A stretch of 64,000 nt of DNA, taken from positions 205,344,001 to 205,408,000 of the forward strand of contig OZ024743.1 of the NCBI GenBank assembly GCA_964016885.1. The letters run 5' to 3'. The stretch comes from Eledone cirrhosa. Its lineage: Eukaryota. Below are positions 33,601-48,600 of the stretch, in pieces. The translations under genes were made by a program, and so were the position numbers. Below the pieces are notes generated by a model that had not been told where the DNA came from, did not search any database, and saw nothing but the letters and a program-made list of their open reading frames with translations. Numbering within the stretch: the stretch's first letter is position 1; each line of letters begins with the position of its first letter.

Positions 33601-36600
33601 CACCAGGCACCAAGCACCAAACACCAAACACCAAGCACGCAGCATCAAACACCAAGCACCAAGCACCAAACACCAAGCACCAAGCACCAAGCACAAAGTA
33701 CCAAGCAGCAAGCACCAAACACCAAACACCAAGCACCATACACCAAACACCAAGCAGCAAGCACCAAACACCAAACAACAAGCACCAGGCACCAAGCACC
33801 AAACACCAAACACCAAACACGCATCACCAAACACCAAGCACCAAGCAACAAGCACCTAAAACCAAGCACCAAGCACCAAGCACCAAACACCAAACACCAA
33901 ACACCAAGCACCAAGCACCAAACTCCAAGCACCAAACACCAAACCCCAAGCACCAATCACCAAACACTAATCACCAAGCACCAAGCACCAAACACCGAGC
34001 ACCAAGCAGCAAGCACCAAACACCAAGCACCAAGCACCAAACACCAAACCCCAAGCACCACAGACCAAGCACCAAGCACCAAGGAACAAACACCAAGCAC
34101 CAAGCACCAAGCACCAAACACCAAGCACCAAGCACCAAACACCCAGCACCAAGCACCAAGCATCAAACACCAAGCACCAAGCACCAAACACCAAACACCA
34201 AACACGAATCACCAAGCACTAAACAGCAAGCACCAAACACCAAACACCAAACAGCAAACACCAAACAGAAAACACCAAACACCAAACAGAAAAGAGCAAA
34301 CGCCAAACACCAAACACCAAACACCAAGCACCAAGAACCAAACACCAAACACCAAACAGCAGGCACCAAGCACCAAACACCAAGCACGAATCACCAAACA
34401 CTAATCACCAAGCACCAAGCCCCAAACACCAAGCACCAAGCAGCAAGCACCAAACACCAAGCACCAAGCACCAAACACCAAGCACCAAACACCAAGCACC
34501 AAGCACCAAACACCAAACCCCAAGCACCAAAGACCAAGCACCAAGCACCAAGGACCAAACACCAAGCACCAAGCACCAAGCACCAAACACCAAGCACCAA
34601 GCAGCAAACACCCAGCACCAAGCACCAAGCACCAAACACCAAGCACCAAGCACCAAACACCAAACACCAAACACCAAGCATCAAGCACCAAGCACCAAAC
34701 ACCAAACACCAAACACCAAGCACCAAGCACCAAACACCAAATACCAAGCACCAAGCACTAAACACCAAACACCAAGCACCAAGCACCAAACACCAAGCAC
34801 CAAGCACCAAGCCCCTAGCACCAAACACCAAACACCAAACACAAAACACCAAGTACCAATCACCAAGCACCAAACACCAAGCAGCAAGCAGCAAGCACCA
34901 AACACGAACGACCAAGCACCAAGCACCAAATACCAAACACCAAGCACCAAGGACCAAACATCAAACACCAAACACCAAGAACCAAGCACCAAACACCAAG
35001 CACCAAGCACCAAGCACAAAAGACCAAGCACCAAGCGCTAAACATAAAACACTAAGCACCAAGCACCAAGCACCAAGCACCAAACACCAAACATCAAACA
35101 CCAATCACCAAACATCAAACAGCAAACACCAAACACCAAGCACCAAACATCAAACAACAAATGCCAAACATCAAACGCCAAACACCAAACACCAAATACA
35201 AACACCAAACCGCAAACACCAAACACCAAACAGAAAACACCAAACACCAAACAGCGAACAGCAAACAGCAAACACCAAACACCAAGCACCAAGCACCAAG
35301 CACAAAACACCAAGCACCAAGCGCCAAACACCAAACACCAAGCACCAAGCACCAAACACCAAGCACCAAACACCAAACACCAAGCACCAAGCGCCAAACA
35401 CCAAATACCAAGCACCAAGCACTAAACACCAAACACCAAGCACCAAGCACCAAGCACCAAGCACCAAACACCAAGTACCAAGCACCAAGCACCAAGCACC
35501 AAGCACCAAACACAAAACACCAAGTACCAAGCACCAAGCACCAAACACCAAACACCAAACACCAAGCACCAAGCACCAAACACCAAATACCAAGCTCCAA
35601 GCACCAAACACCAAATACCAAGCACCAAGCAACAAACACCAATCACCAAGCACCAAGCACCAAACCCCAAGCACCAAACACCAAGCACCAATCACCATAC
35701 ACCAAACACCAAGAACCAAGCACCAAACACCAAGCACCAAGCACCAAGCACAAAACACCAAGCACCAAGCGCTAAACATAAAACACTAAGCACCAAGCAC
35801 CAAGCACCAAGCACCAAACACCAAACATCAAACACCAATCACCAAACATCAAACAGCAAACACCAAACACCAAACACCAAACATCAAACACCAAACAGCA
35901 AACAACAAACAACAAATGCCAAACTTCAAACGCCAAACACCAAACACCAAATAGCAAACACCAAACCGCAAACACCAAACACCAAACAGGAAACACCAAA
36001 CACCAAACAGCGAACACCAAACAGCAAACACCAAACACCAAGCACCAAGCACCAAGCACAAAACACCAAGCACCAAGCGCCAAACACCAAACACCAAGCA
36101 CCAAGCACCAAACACCAAGCACCAAACACCTAACACCAATCACCAAGCGCCAAACACCAAATACCAAGCACCAAGCACTAAACACCAAACACCAAGCAAC
36201 AAGCACCAAGCATCAAGCACCAAGCACCAAACATCAAGCACCAAGCACCAAGCACCAAGCACCAAACACAAAACACCATGTACCAAGCACCAAGCACCAA
36301 ACACCAAACACCAAACACCAAGCACCAAGCACCAAACACCAAACACCAAGCACCAAGCACCAGACACCAAGCACCAAGCACCAAGCACCAATCACCAAAC
36401 ACCAAGCACGAAGCACCAAACACCAAACACCAAGCACGAAGCACCAAACACCAAACACCAAGCACCAAGCACCAAGCACCAAACACCAAGTACCAAGCAC
36501 CAAGCACCAAACACCAAACACCAAACACCAAGCACCAAGCACCAAACACCAAACACCAAGCACCAAGCACCAGACACCAAGCACCAAACACCAAGCACGA

Positions 36601-39600
36601 AGCACCAAATACCAAACACCAAGCACCAAGCACCAAACACCAAACACCAAGCACCAAGCACCAAACACCAAATACCAAGCACCAAGCACCAAGCACCAAA
36701 CACCAAGCACCAAGCACCAAGCACCAAACACCAAGCACCAAATACCAAGCACCAGACACGAAGCACCAATCACCAAATACCAAACACCAAGCACCAAGCA
36801 CCAAACACCAAACACCAAACACCAGGCACCAAGCACCAATCACCAAGCACCAAGCAAAAAACACAAAGCACCAAGCACCAAGCACCAAACACCAAACACC
36901 AAACACCAGGCACCAAGCACCAAGCAGCAAGCACCAAGCACCAAGCACCAAGCATCAAACACCAAACACCAAGCACTAAGCACCAAACACCAAACACCAA
37001 GCACAAAGCACCAAAGAGCAAAAACAAAGCACCAAGCACCAAACACCAAACACCAAACACCAAACACCAAACAGCAAACACCAAACAGCAAACACCAAAC
37101 AGCAAACAGCAAACACCAAACACCAAACACCAAGCACCAAGTACCAAGCACCAAACAACAACACCAAGCACCAAGCACCAAACACCAAGCACCAAGCACC
37201 AAACACCAAACACCAAGCTCCAAGCACCAAACACCAAACACCAAGCACCAAGCAGCAAACACCAATCACAAAGCACCAAGCACCAAACAACAAGCACCAA
37301 ACACCAAGCACCAATCACCAAACACCAAACACCAAGAACCAAGCACCAAACACAAAACACCAAGCACCAAGCACCAAACACCAAGCACCAAGCACCAAAC
37401 ACCAAACACCAAACACCAAACACCAAGCACCTAGCACCAAACACCAAGCACCAAGCACCAAGCAACAAACACCAAGCACCAAGCACCAAACACCAAGCAC
37501 CAAGCACCAAACACCAAGCACCAAGCACCAAGCCCCTAGCACCAAACACCAAACACCAAACACAAAACACCAAGTACCAATCACCAAGCACCAAACACCA
37601 AGCAGCAAGCAGCAAGCACCAAACACGAACGACCAAGCACCAAGCACCAAATACCAAACACCAAGCACCAAGGACCAAACATCAAACACCAAACACCAAG
37701 AACCAAGCACCAAACACCAAGCACCAAGCACCAAGCACAAAACACCAAGCACCAAGCGCTAAACATAAAACACTAAGCACCAAGCACCAAGCACCAAGCA
37801 CCAAACACCAAACATCAAACACCAATCACCAAACATCAAACAGCAAACACCAAACACCAAGCACCAAACATCAAACAACAAATGCCAAACATCAAACGCC
37901 AAACACCAAACACCAAATACAAACACCAAACCGCAAACACCAAACACCAAACAGGAAACACCAAACACCAAACAGCGAACAGCAAACAGCAAACACCAAA
38001 CACCAAGCACCAAGCACCAAGCACCAAACACCAAGCACCAAACACCAAACACCAAGCACCAAGCGCCAAACACCAAATACCAAGCACCAAGCACTAAACA
38101 CCAAACACCAAGCACCAAGCACCAAGCACCAAGCACCAAACACCAAGTACCAAGCACCAAGCACCAAGCACCAAGCACCAAACACAAAACACCAAGTACC
38201 AAGCACCAAGCACCAAACACCAAACACCAAACACCAAGCACCAAGCACCAAACACCAAATACCAAGCTCCAAGCACCAAACACCAAATACCAAGCACCAA
38301 GCAACAAACACCAATCACCAAGCACCAAGCACCAAACCCCAAGCACCAAACACCAAGCACCAATCACCATACACCAAACACCAAGAACCAAGCACCAAAC
38401 ACCAAGCACCAAGCACCAAGCACAAAACACCAAGCACCAAGCGCTAAACATAAAACACTAAGCACCAAGCACCAAGCACCAAGCACCAAACACCAAACAT
38501 CAAACACCAATCACCAAACATCAAACAGCAAACACCAAACACCAAACACCAAACATCAAACACCAAACAGCAAACAACAAACAACAAATGCCAAACTTCA
38601 AACGCCAAACACCAAACACCAAATAGCAAACACCAAACCGCAAACACCAAACACCAAACAGGAAACACCAAACACCAAACAGCGAACACCAAACAGCAAA
38701 CACCAAACACCAAGCACCAAGCACCAAGCACAAAACACCAAGCACCAAGCGCCAAACACCAAACACCAAGCACCAAGCACCAAACACCAAGCACCAAACA
38801 CCTAACACCAATCACCAAGCGCCAAACACCAAATACCAAGCACCAAGCACTAAACACCAAACACCAAGCAACAAGCACCAAGCATCAAGCACCAAGCACC
38901 AAACATCAAGCACCAAGCACCAAGCACCAAGCACCAAACACAAAACACCATGTACCAAGCACCAAGCACCAAACACCAAACACCAAACACCAAGCACCAA
39001 GCACCAAACACCAAACACCAAGCACCAAGCACCAGACACCAAGCACCAAGCACCAAGCACCAATCACCAAACACCAAGCACGAAGCACCAAACACCAAAC
39101 ACCAAGCACGAAGCACCAAACACCAAACACCAAGCACCAAGCACCAAGCACCAAACACCAAGTACCAAGCACCAAGCACCAAACACCAAACACCAAACAC
39201 CAAGCACCAAGCACCAAACACCAAACACCAAGCACCAAGCACCAGACACCAAACACCAAACACCAAGCACGAAGCACCAAATACCAAACACCAAGCACCA
39301 AGCACCAAACACCAAACACCAAGCACCAAGCACCAAACACCAAATACCAAGCACCAAGCACCAAGCACCAAACACCAAGCACCAAGCACCAAGCACCAAA
39401 CACCAAGCACCAAATACCAAGCACCAGACACGAAGCACCAATCACCAAATACCAAACACCAAGCACCAAGCACCAAACACCAAACACCAAACACCAGGCA
39501 CCAAGCACCAATCACCAAGCACCAAGCAAAAAACACAAAGCACCAAGCACCAAGCACCAAACACCAAACACCAAACACCAGGCACCAAGCACCAAGCAGC

Positions 39601-42600
39601 AAGCACCAAGCACCAAGCACCAAGCATCAAACACCAAACACCAAGCACTAAGCACCAAACACCAAACACCAAGCACAAAGCACCAAAGAGCAAAAACAAA
39701 GCACCAAGCACCAAACACCAAACACCAAACACCAAACACCAAACAGCAAACACCAAACAGCAAACACCAAACAGCAAACAGCAAACACCAAACACCAAAC
39801 ACCAAGCACCAAGTACCAAGCACCAAACAACAACACCAAGCACCAAGCACCAAACACCAAGCACCAAGCACCAAACACCAAACACCAAGCTCCAAGCACC
39901 AAACACCAAACACCAAGCACCAAGCAGCAAACACCAATCACCAAGCACCAAGCACCAAACAACAAGCACCAAACACCAAGCACCAATCACCAAACACCAA
40001 ACACCAAGAACCAAGCACCAAACACAAAACACCAAGCACCAAGCACCAAACACCAAGCACCAAGCACCAAACACCAAACACCAAACACCAAACACCAAGC
40101 ACCTAGCACCAAACACCAAGCACCAAGCACCAAGCAACAAACACCAAGCACCAAGCACCAAACACCAAGCACCAAGCACGAAACACCAAGCACCAAGCAC
40201 CGAGCACCAAACACCAAGTACCAAGCACCAATCACCAAACACCAAGCACCAAGCACCAAACACCAAACACCAAACACCTAGCACCAAGCACCAAACACCA
40301 AACACCAAGAACCAAGCACCAAATACCAAATACCAAGCACCAAGCACTAAACACCAAACACCAAGCACCAAGCACCAAGCATCAAGCACCAAGCACCAAA
40401 CACCAAGCACCAAGCACCAAGCACCAAGCACCAAACACAAAACACCAAGTACCAAGCACCGAGCACCAAACACCAAACACCAAACACCAAGCACCAAGCA
40501 CCAAACACCAAATACCAAGCTCCAAGCACCAAACACCAAATACCAAGCACCAAGCAACAAACACCAATCACCAAGCACCAAGCACCAAACCCCAAGCACC
40601 AAACACCAAGCACCAATCACCAAACACCAAACACCAAGAACCAAGCACCAAACACCAAGCACCAAGCACCAAGCACAAAACACCAAGCACCAAGCGCTAA
40701 ACAAAAAACACTAAGCACCAAGCACCAAGCACCAAGCACCAAACACCAAACATCAAACACCAATCACCAAACATCAAACAGCAAACACCAAACACCAAAC
40801 ACCAAACATCAAACACCAAACAGCAAACAACAAACAACAAATGCCAAACATCAAACGCCAAACACCAAACACAAAATAGCAAACACCAAACCGCAAACAC
40901 CAAACACCAAACAGGAAACACCAAACACCAAACAGCGAACACCAAACAGCAAACACCAAACACCAAGCACCAAGCACCAAGCACAAAACACCAAGCACCA
41001 AGCGCCAAACACCAAACACCAAGCACCAAGCACCAAACACCAAGCACCAAACACCAAACACCAATCACCAAGCGCCAAACACCAAATACCAAGCACCAAG
41101 CACTAAACACCAAACACCAAGCACCAAGCACCAAGCATCAAGCACCAAGCACCAAACACCAAGCACCAAGCACCAAGCACCAAGCACCAAACACAAAACA
41201 CCAAGTACCAAGCACCAAGCACCAAACACCAAACACCAAACACCAAACACCAAGCACCAAACACCAAACACCAAGCACCCAGCACCAGACACCAAGCACC
41301 AAGCACCAAGCACCAATCACCAAACACCAAGCACGAAGCACCAAACACCAAACACCAAGCACCAAGCACCAAACACCAATCACCAAGCACCAAGCACCAA
41401 ACACCAAATACCAAGCACCAAGCACCAAGCACCAAGCACCAAACACCAAGCACCAAGCACCAAGCACCAAACACCAAGCACCAAACACCAAGCATCAGAC
41501 ACGAAGCACCAAGCACCAAGCACCAAGCATCAAGCACCAAATACCAAACAGCAAGCACCAAGCACCACACATCAAACACCAAGCACCAAGCACCAAACAC
41601 CAAACACCAAACACCAAACAGCAAACACCAAACAACAAACACCAAACAGCAAACAGCAAACACCAAACACCAAACACCAAGCACCAAGCACCAAGCACCA
41701 AACAACAACACCAAGCACCAAGCACCAAACACCAAGCACCAAGCACCAAATACCAAACACCAAGCTCCAAGCACCAAACACCAAGCACCAAGCACCAAAC
41801 ACCAATCACCAAGCACCAAGCACGAAACCCAAAGCACCAAACACCAAGCACCAATCACCAAACACCAAACACCAAGAACCAAGCACCAAACACAAAACAC
41901 CAAGCACCAAGCACCAAACACCAAGCACCAAGCACCAAGCACCAAACACCAAGCACCAAGTACCAAACACCAAACACCAAGCACCAAGCACCAAACACCA
42001 AACACCAAGCACCAAGCACCAAACACTAAACACCAGGCTCCAAGCACAAAACACCAAGCACCAAGCACCAAGCACCAAACACCAAACACCAAACACCAAG
42101 CACCGAGCACCAAACACCAAGCACCAAGCACCAAGCACCAAACACCAAACACCAAGCACCAAGCACCAAACACCAAACACCAAGCCCAAAGCACCAAAGA
42201 GCAAAGGCAAAACACCAAGCACCAAACACCAAACACCAAGCACCAAACACCAAACAGCCAACACCAAACAGCAAACACCAAACACCAAATAGCAAAAACC
42301 AAAGAGCAAACTCCAAACACCAAACAGCAAACACAAAACACCAAACAGCAAACACCAAACAGCAAACTCCAAACACCAAACACCAAGCACCAAGCACCAA
42401 ATACCAAGCACCAAACACCAAGCACCAATCACCAAACACCAAACACCAAGCACCAAGCACCAAACACCAAAAACCAAGCACCAAGCACCAAGCACCAAAC
42501 ACCATACGCCAAACACCAAACACCAAGCACCAAGCATCAAACACCAAGCACCAAGCGCCAAAGACCAAACACCAAGCACCAAGCACGAAACACCAAGCAC

Positions 42601-45600
42601 CAAGCACCGAGCACCAAACACCAAGTACCAAGCACCAATCACCAAACCCCAAGCACCAAGCACCAAACACCAAACACCAAACACCAAGAACCAAGCACCA
42701 AACACCAAATACCAAGCACCAAGCACTAAACACCAAACACCAAGCACCAAGCACCAAACACCAAGCACCAAATACCAAGCACCAGACACGAAGCACCAAT
42801 CACCAAATACCAAACACCAAGCACCAAGCACCAAACACCAAACACCAAACACCAGGCACCAAGCACCAATCACCAAGCACCAAGCAAAAAACACAAAGCA
42901 CCAAGCACCAAGCACCAAACACCAAACACCAAACACCAGGCACCAAGCACCAAGCAGCAAGCACCAAGCACCAAGCACCAAGCATCAAACACCAAACACC
43001 AAGCACTAAGCACCAAACACCAAACACCAAGCACAAAGCATCAAAGAGCAAAAACAAAGCACCAAGCACCAAACACCAAACACCAAACAGCAAACACCAA
43101 ACAGCAAACACCAAACAGCAAACACCAAACAGCAAACAACAAACACCAAACACCAAACACCAAGCACCAAGTACCAAGCACCAAACAACAACACCAAGCA
43201 CCAAGCACCAAACACCAAGCACCAAGCACCAAACACCAAACACCAAGCTCCAAGCGCCAAACACCAAACACCAAGCACCAAGCAGCAAACACCAATCACC
43301 AAGCACCAAGCACCAAACAACAAGCACCAAACACCAAGCACCAATCACCAAACACCAAACACCAAGAACCAAGCACCAAACACAAAACACCAAGCACCAA
43401 GCACCAAACACCAAGCACCAAGCACCAAGCACCAAACACCAAACACCAAACACCAAGCACCTAGCACCAAACACCAAGCACCAAGCACCAAGCAACAAAC
43501 ACCAAGCACCAAGCACCAAACACCAAGCACCAAGCACGAAACACCAAGCACCAAGCACCGAGCACCAAACACCAAGTACCAAGCACCAATCACCAAACAC
43601 CAAGCACCAAGCACCAAACACCAAACACCAAACACCTAGCACCAAGCACCAAACACCAAACACCAAGAACCAAGCACCAAATACCAAATACCAAGCACCA
43701 AGCACTAAACACCAAACACCAAGCACCAAGCACCAAGCATCAAGCACCAAGCACCAAACACCAAGCACCAAACACCAAGCACCAAGCACCAAACACAAAA
43801 CACCAAGTACCAAGCACCGAGCACCAAACACCAAACACCAAACACCAAGCACCAAGCACCAAACACCAAATACCAAGCTCCAAGCACCAAACACCAAATA
43901 CCAAGCACCAAGCAACAAACACCAATCACCAAGCACCAAGCACCAAACCCCAAGCACCAAACACCAAGCACCAATCACCAAACACCAAACACCAAGAACC
44001 AAGCACCAAACACCAAGCACCAAGCACCAAGCACAAAACACCAAGCACCAAGCGCTAAACAAAAAACACTAAGCACCAAGCACCAAGCACCAAGCACCAA
44101 ACACCAAACATCAAACACCAATCACCAAACATCAAACAGCAAACACCAAACACCAAACACCAAACATCAAACACCAAACAGCAAACAACAAACAACAAAT
44201 GCCAAACATCAAACGCCAAACACCAAACACCAAATAGCAAACACCAAACCGCAAACACCAAACACCAAACAGGAAACACCAAACACCAAACAGCGAACAC
44301 CAAACAGCAAACACCAAACACCAAGCACCAAGCACCAAGCACAAAACACCAAGCACCAAGCGCCAAACACCAAACACCAAGCACCAAGCACCAAACACCA
44401 AGCACCAAACACCAAACACCAATCACCAAGCGCCAAACACCAAATACCAAGCACCAAGCACTAAACACCAAACACCAAGCACCAAGCACCAAGCATCAAG
44501 CACCAAGCACCAAACACCAAGCACCAAGCACCAAGCACCAAGCACCAAACACAAAACACCAAGTACCAAGCACCAAGCACCAAGCACCAAGCACCAAGCA
44601 CAAAACACCAAGCACCAAGCGCTAAACATAAAACACTAAGCACCAAGCACCAAGCACCAAGCACCAAACACCAAACATCAAACACCAATCACCAAACATC
44701 AAACAGCAAACACCAAACACCAAACACCAAACATCAAACACCAAATAGCAAACAACAAACAACAAACGCCAAACATCAAACGCCAAACACCAAACACCAA
44801 ATAGCAAACACCAACCCGCAAACACCAAACACCAAACAGCAAACACTAAACACCAAACAGCGAACACCAAACAGCAAACACCAAACAGCAAACACCAAAC
44901 ACCAAACACCAAACACCAAGCACCAAGCACCAAGCACAAAACACCAAGCACCAAGCACCAAACACCAAGCACCAAACACCAAACACCAAGCACCAAGCGC
45001 CAAACACCAAGCACCAAGCACCAAGTACGAAACACCAAGCACCAATCACCAAACACCAAACACCAAGCACCAAACACCAAACAGCAAACACCAATCACCA
45101 AACACCAAACACCAAACACCAAACACCAATCACCAAACACCAAACACCAAACACCAAACACCAAACACCAAACACCAAACAGTAAACACCAAACACCAAA
45201 CAGCAAACACCAAACACCAAACACCAAACAGCAAACACCAAACACCAAACACCAAACACCAAACACCAAGCAGCAAACACCAAACAAACAGCAAACAGTA
45301 AACACCAAGCATCAACCAACAAACACCAAACAACAAACGCCAAATAGCAAACGCCAACCACCAGATGCCAAACAGCAAACGCCAAACACCAAACGCCAAA
45401 CAGCAAACACCAAACACCAAACAGCAAACACCAAACACCAAACACCAAATAGCAAACACCAAACAGCAAACACCAAACAGCAAACACCAAACAGCAAACA
45501 CCAAACAGCAAACAGCAAACACCAAACACCAAACACCAAGCACCAAGCACCAAACACCAAGCACCAAGCAACAAGCACCAATCACCAAGCACCAAGCACT

Positions 45601-48600
45601 AAACGCCAAGCACCAAGCACCAAACACCAAGCACCAAGCACCAAGCACCAAACACCAAGCACCAAAGACCAAGCACCAAATACCAAGCACCAAGCACCAA
45701 ACACCAATCACCAAGCACCAAGCACCAAACACCAAGAACCAAGAACCAATCACTAAACACCAAACACCAAGCACCAAGCACCAAACACCAAACACCAAGC
45801 ACCAAGTAGCAAACTCCAAACACCAAACACCAAGCAACAAGCACCAAATCCCAAGCACCAAACACCAAGCACCACACATCAAACACCAAGCACCAAGCAC
45901 CAATCGCCAAGCACCAAGCACCAAGCAACAAACACAAAGCACCAAGCACCAAGCACCAAGCACGCAACACCAATCACCAATCACCAAGCACCAAAGAGCA
46001 AACACGAAGCCCCAAGCACCAAACACCCAACACCAAACACCAAACATCAAACACCAATCACGAATCACCAAACAGCAAACACCAAACACCAAACACCAAA
46101 CACCAAGCACCAAACACCAAACACCAAACACCAAGCACCAAGCACCAAACACCAAACACCAAGCACCAAGCACTAAACACCAAACACCAAGCACCAAGCA
46201 CCAAGCACCAAACACCAAGCACCAAGCACCAAGCACCAAACACCAAGCCCCAAGCACCAAACACCAAACACCAAGCACCAAACACCAAGCACCAAACAGC
46301 AAGCACCAAGCACCAAGCACCAGACACCAAGCACCGAGCACCAAACACCAAACACCAAGCACCAAGCACTAAACACCAAACACCAAGCACCAAGCACCAA
46401 GCACCAAGCACCAAACACCAAGCACCAAGCACCAAGCACCAAGCACCAAGCACCAAACACCAAGCACCAAGCACCAAGCACCAACCACCAAGCACCAAAC
46501 ACCAAACACCAAGCACCAAGCACCAAACACCAAATACCAAGCACCAAACACCAAGCACCAAACCCCAAGCACCAAACACCAAGCACCAAGCACCAAACAC
46601 CAAGCACCAAGCACCAAGCACCATGCACCAAAAACCAAGCACCAAGCACCAAACAGCAAACACCAAACAGCAAACACCAAACACCAAACACCAAACAGCA
46701 AACACCAAACAGCAAACACCAAACAGCAAACACCCAACACCAAACACCAAATAACAAACGCCAAGAAGCAAACGCCAAACCCCAAACGCCAAACAGCAAA
46801 TGCCAAACCCCAAACGCCAGACAGCAAGCGCCAAACGCCAAAAACCAAGCGCCAAGCACCAAACACCAAACACCAAGCACCAAGCACCAAACACCAAACA
46901 CCAAGCACCAAGTACCAAACACCAAACACCAAGCACCAAACACCAAACAGCAAACGCCAAAAAGCAAACGCCAAAGCCCATACGCCAAACAGCAAATGCC
47001 AAACCCCAAACGCCAAACAGCAAACGCCAAGCACCAAACACCAAACATCAAGCGCCAAGCACCAAACACCAAACACCAAGCACCAAGCACCAAACACCAA
47101 ACACCAAGCACCAATCACCAAACACCAAGCACCAAGCGCCAAGCACCAAACACCAAACACCTAGCACCAAGCACCAAGCACCAAACACCAAGCACCAAAC
47201 ACCAATCACCAAGCCCCAAGCACCAAACACCAAACACCAAGCACCAAACACCAAACACCAAGCACCAAGCACCCAGAACCAAGCACCAAGCACCAAACAC
47301 CAAGCACCAAGCACCGAGCACCAAACACCTAGTACCAAGCACCAATCACCAAACACCAAGCACCAAGCACCAAACACCAAACACCAATCACCAAGCACCA
47401 AGCACCAAACACCAAGAACCAAGCACCAAGCACTAAACACCAAACACCAAGCACCAAGCACCAAACACCAAACACCAAGCACCAAGTACCAAACTCCAAA
47501 CACCAAACACCAAGCACCAAGCACCAAATCCCAAGCACCAAACACCAAGCACCAATCACCAAACACCAAACACCAAGCACCAAGCACCAAACACAAAAAC
47601 CCAAGCACCAAGCACCAAGCACCAAACACCAAACGCCAAACACCGAACACCAAGTACCAAGCACCAAACACCAAGCACCAATCGCCAAAGACCAAACACC
47701 AAGCACCAAGCACGAAACACCAAGCACCAAGCACCGAGCACCAAACACCAAGTACCAAGCACCAATCACCAAACACCAAGCACCAAGCACCAAACACCAA
47801 ACACCAAGCACTAAGCACCAAACACCAAACACCAAGCACCAAGCACCACACACCAAATACCAAGCACCAAGCACTAAACACCAAACACCAAGCACAAGCA
47901 CCAAGCATCAAGCACCAAGCACCAAACACCAAACACCAAACACCAAGCACCAAAAACCAAGCACCAAGCTCCAAGCACCAAACACCAAGCACCAAACACC
48001 AAACACCAAGCACCAATCACCAAGCACCAAACACCAAGCACCAAGCACCAAGCACCAAGAACCAAACACCAAGCACCAAGCACCAAACAGCAAACACCAA
48101 GCACCAAACACCAAACACCAAGCACCAAGCAACAAACACCAAACACCAAGCACCAAACACCAAGCACCAAGCCCCAAGCACCAAACACCAAGCACCGAGC
48201 ACCAAACACCAAGCACCAAGCACCAAGCACCATGCACCAAACACCAAGCACCAAGCACCAAACAGCAAACACCAAACAGCAAACACCAAACAGCAAACAC
48301 CAAACAGCAAACACCAAACACCAAACACCAAACAGCAAACGCCAAAAAGCAAACGCCAAACCCCAAACGCCAAACAGCAAATGCCAAACCCCAAACGCCA
48401 AACAGCAAACGCCAAGCACCAAACACCAAACACCAAGCGCCAAGCACCAAACACCAAACACCAAGCACCAAGCCCCAAACACCAAACACCAAGCACCAAG
48501 TACCAAACACCAAACACCAAGCGCCAAACACCAAACACCAAACACCTAGCACCAAGCACCAAGCACCAAACACCAAGCGCCAAACACCAAGCACCAAGCA

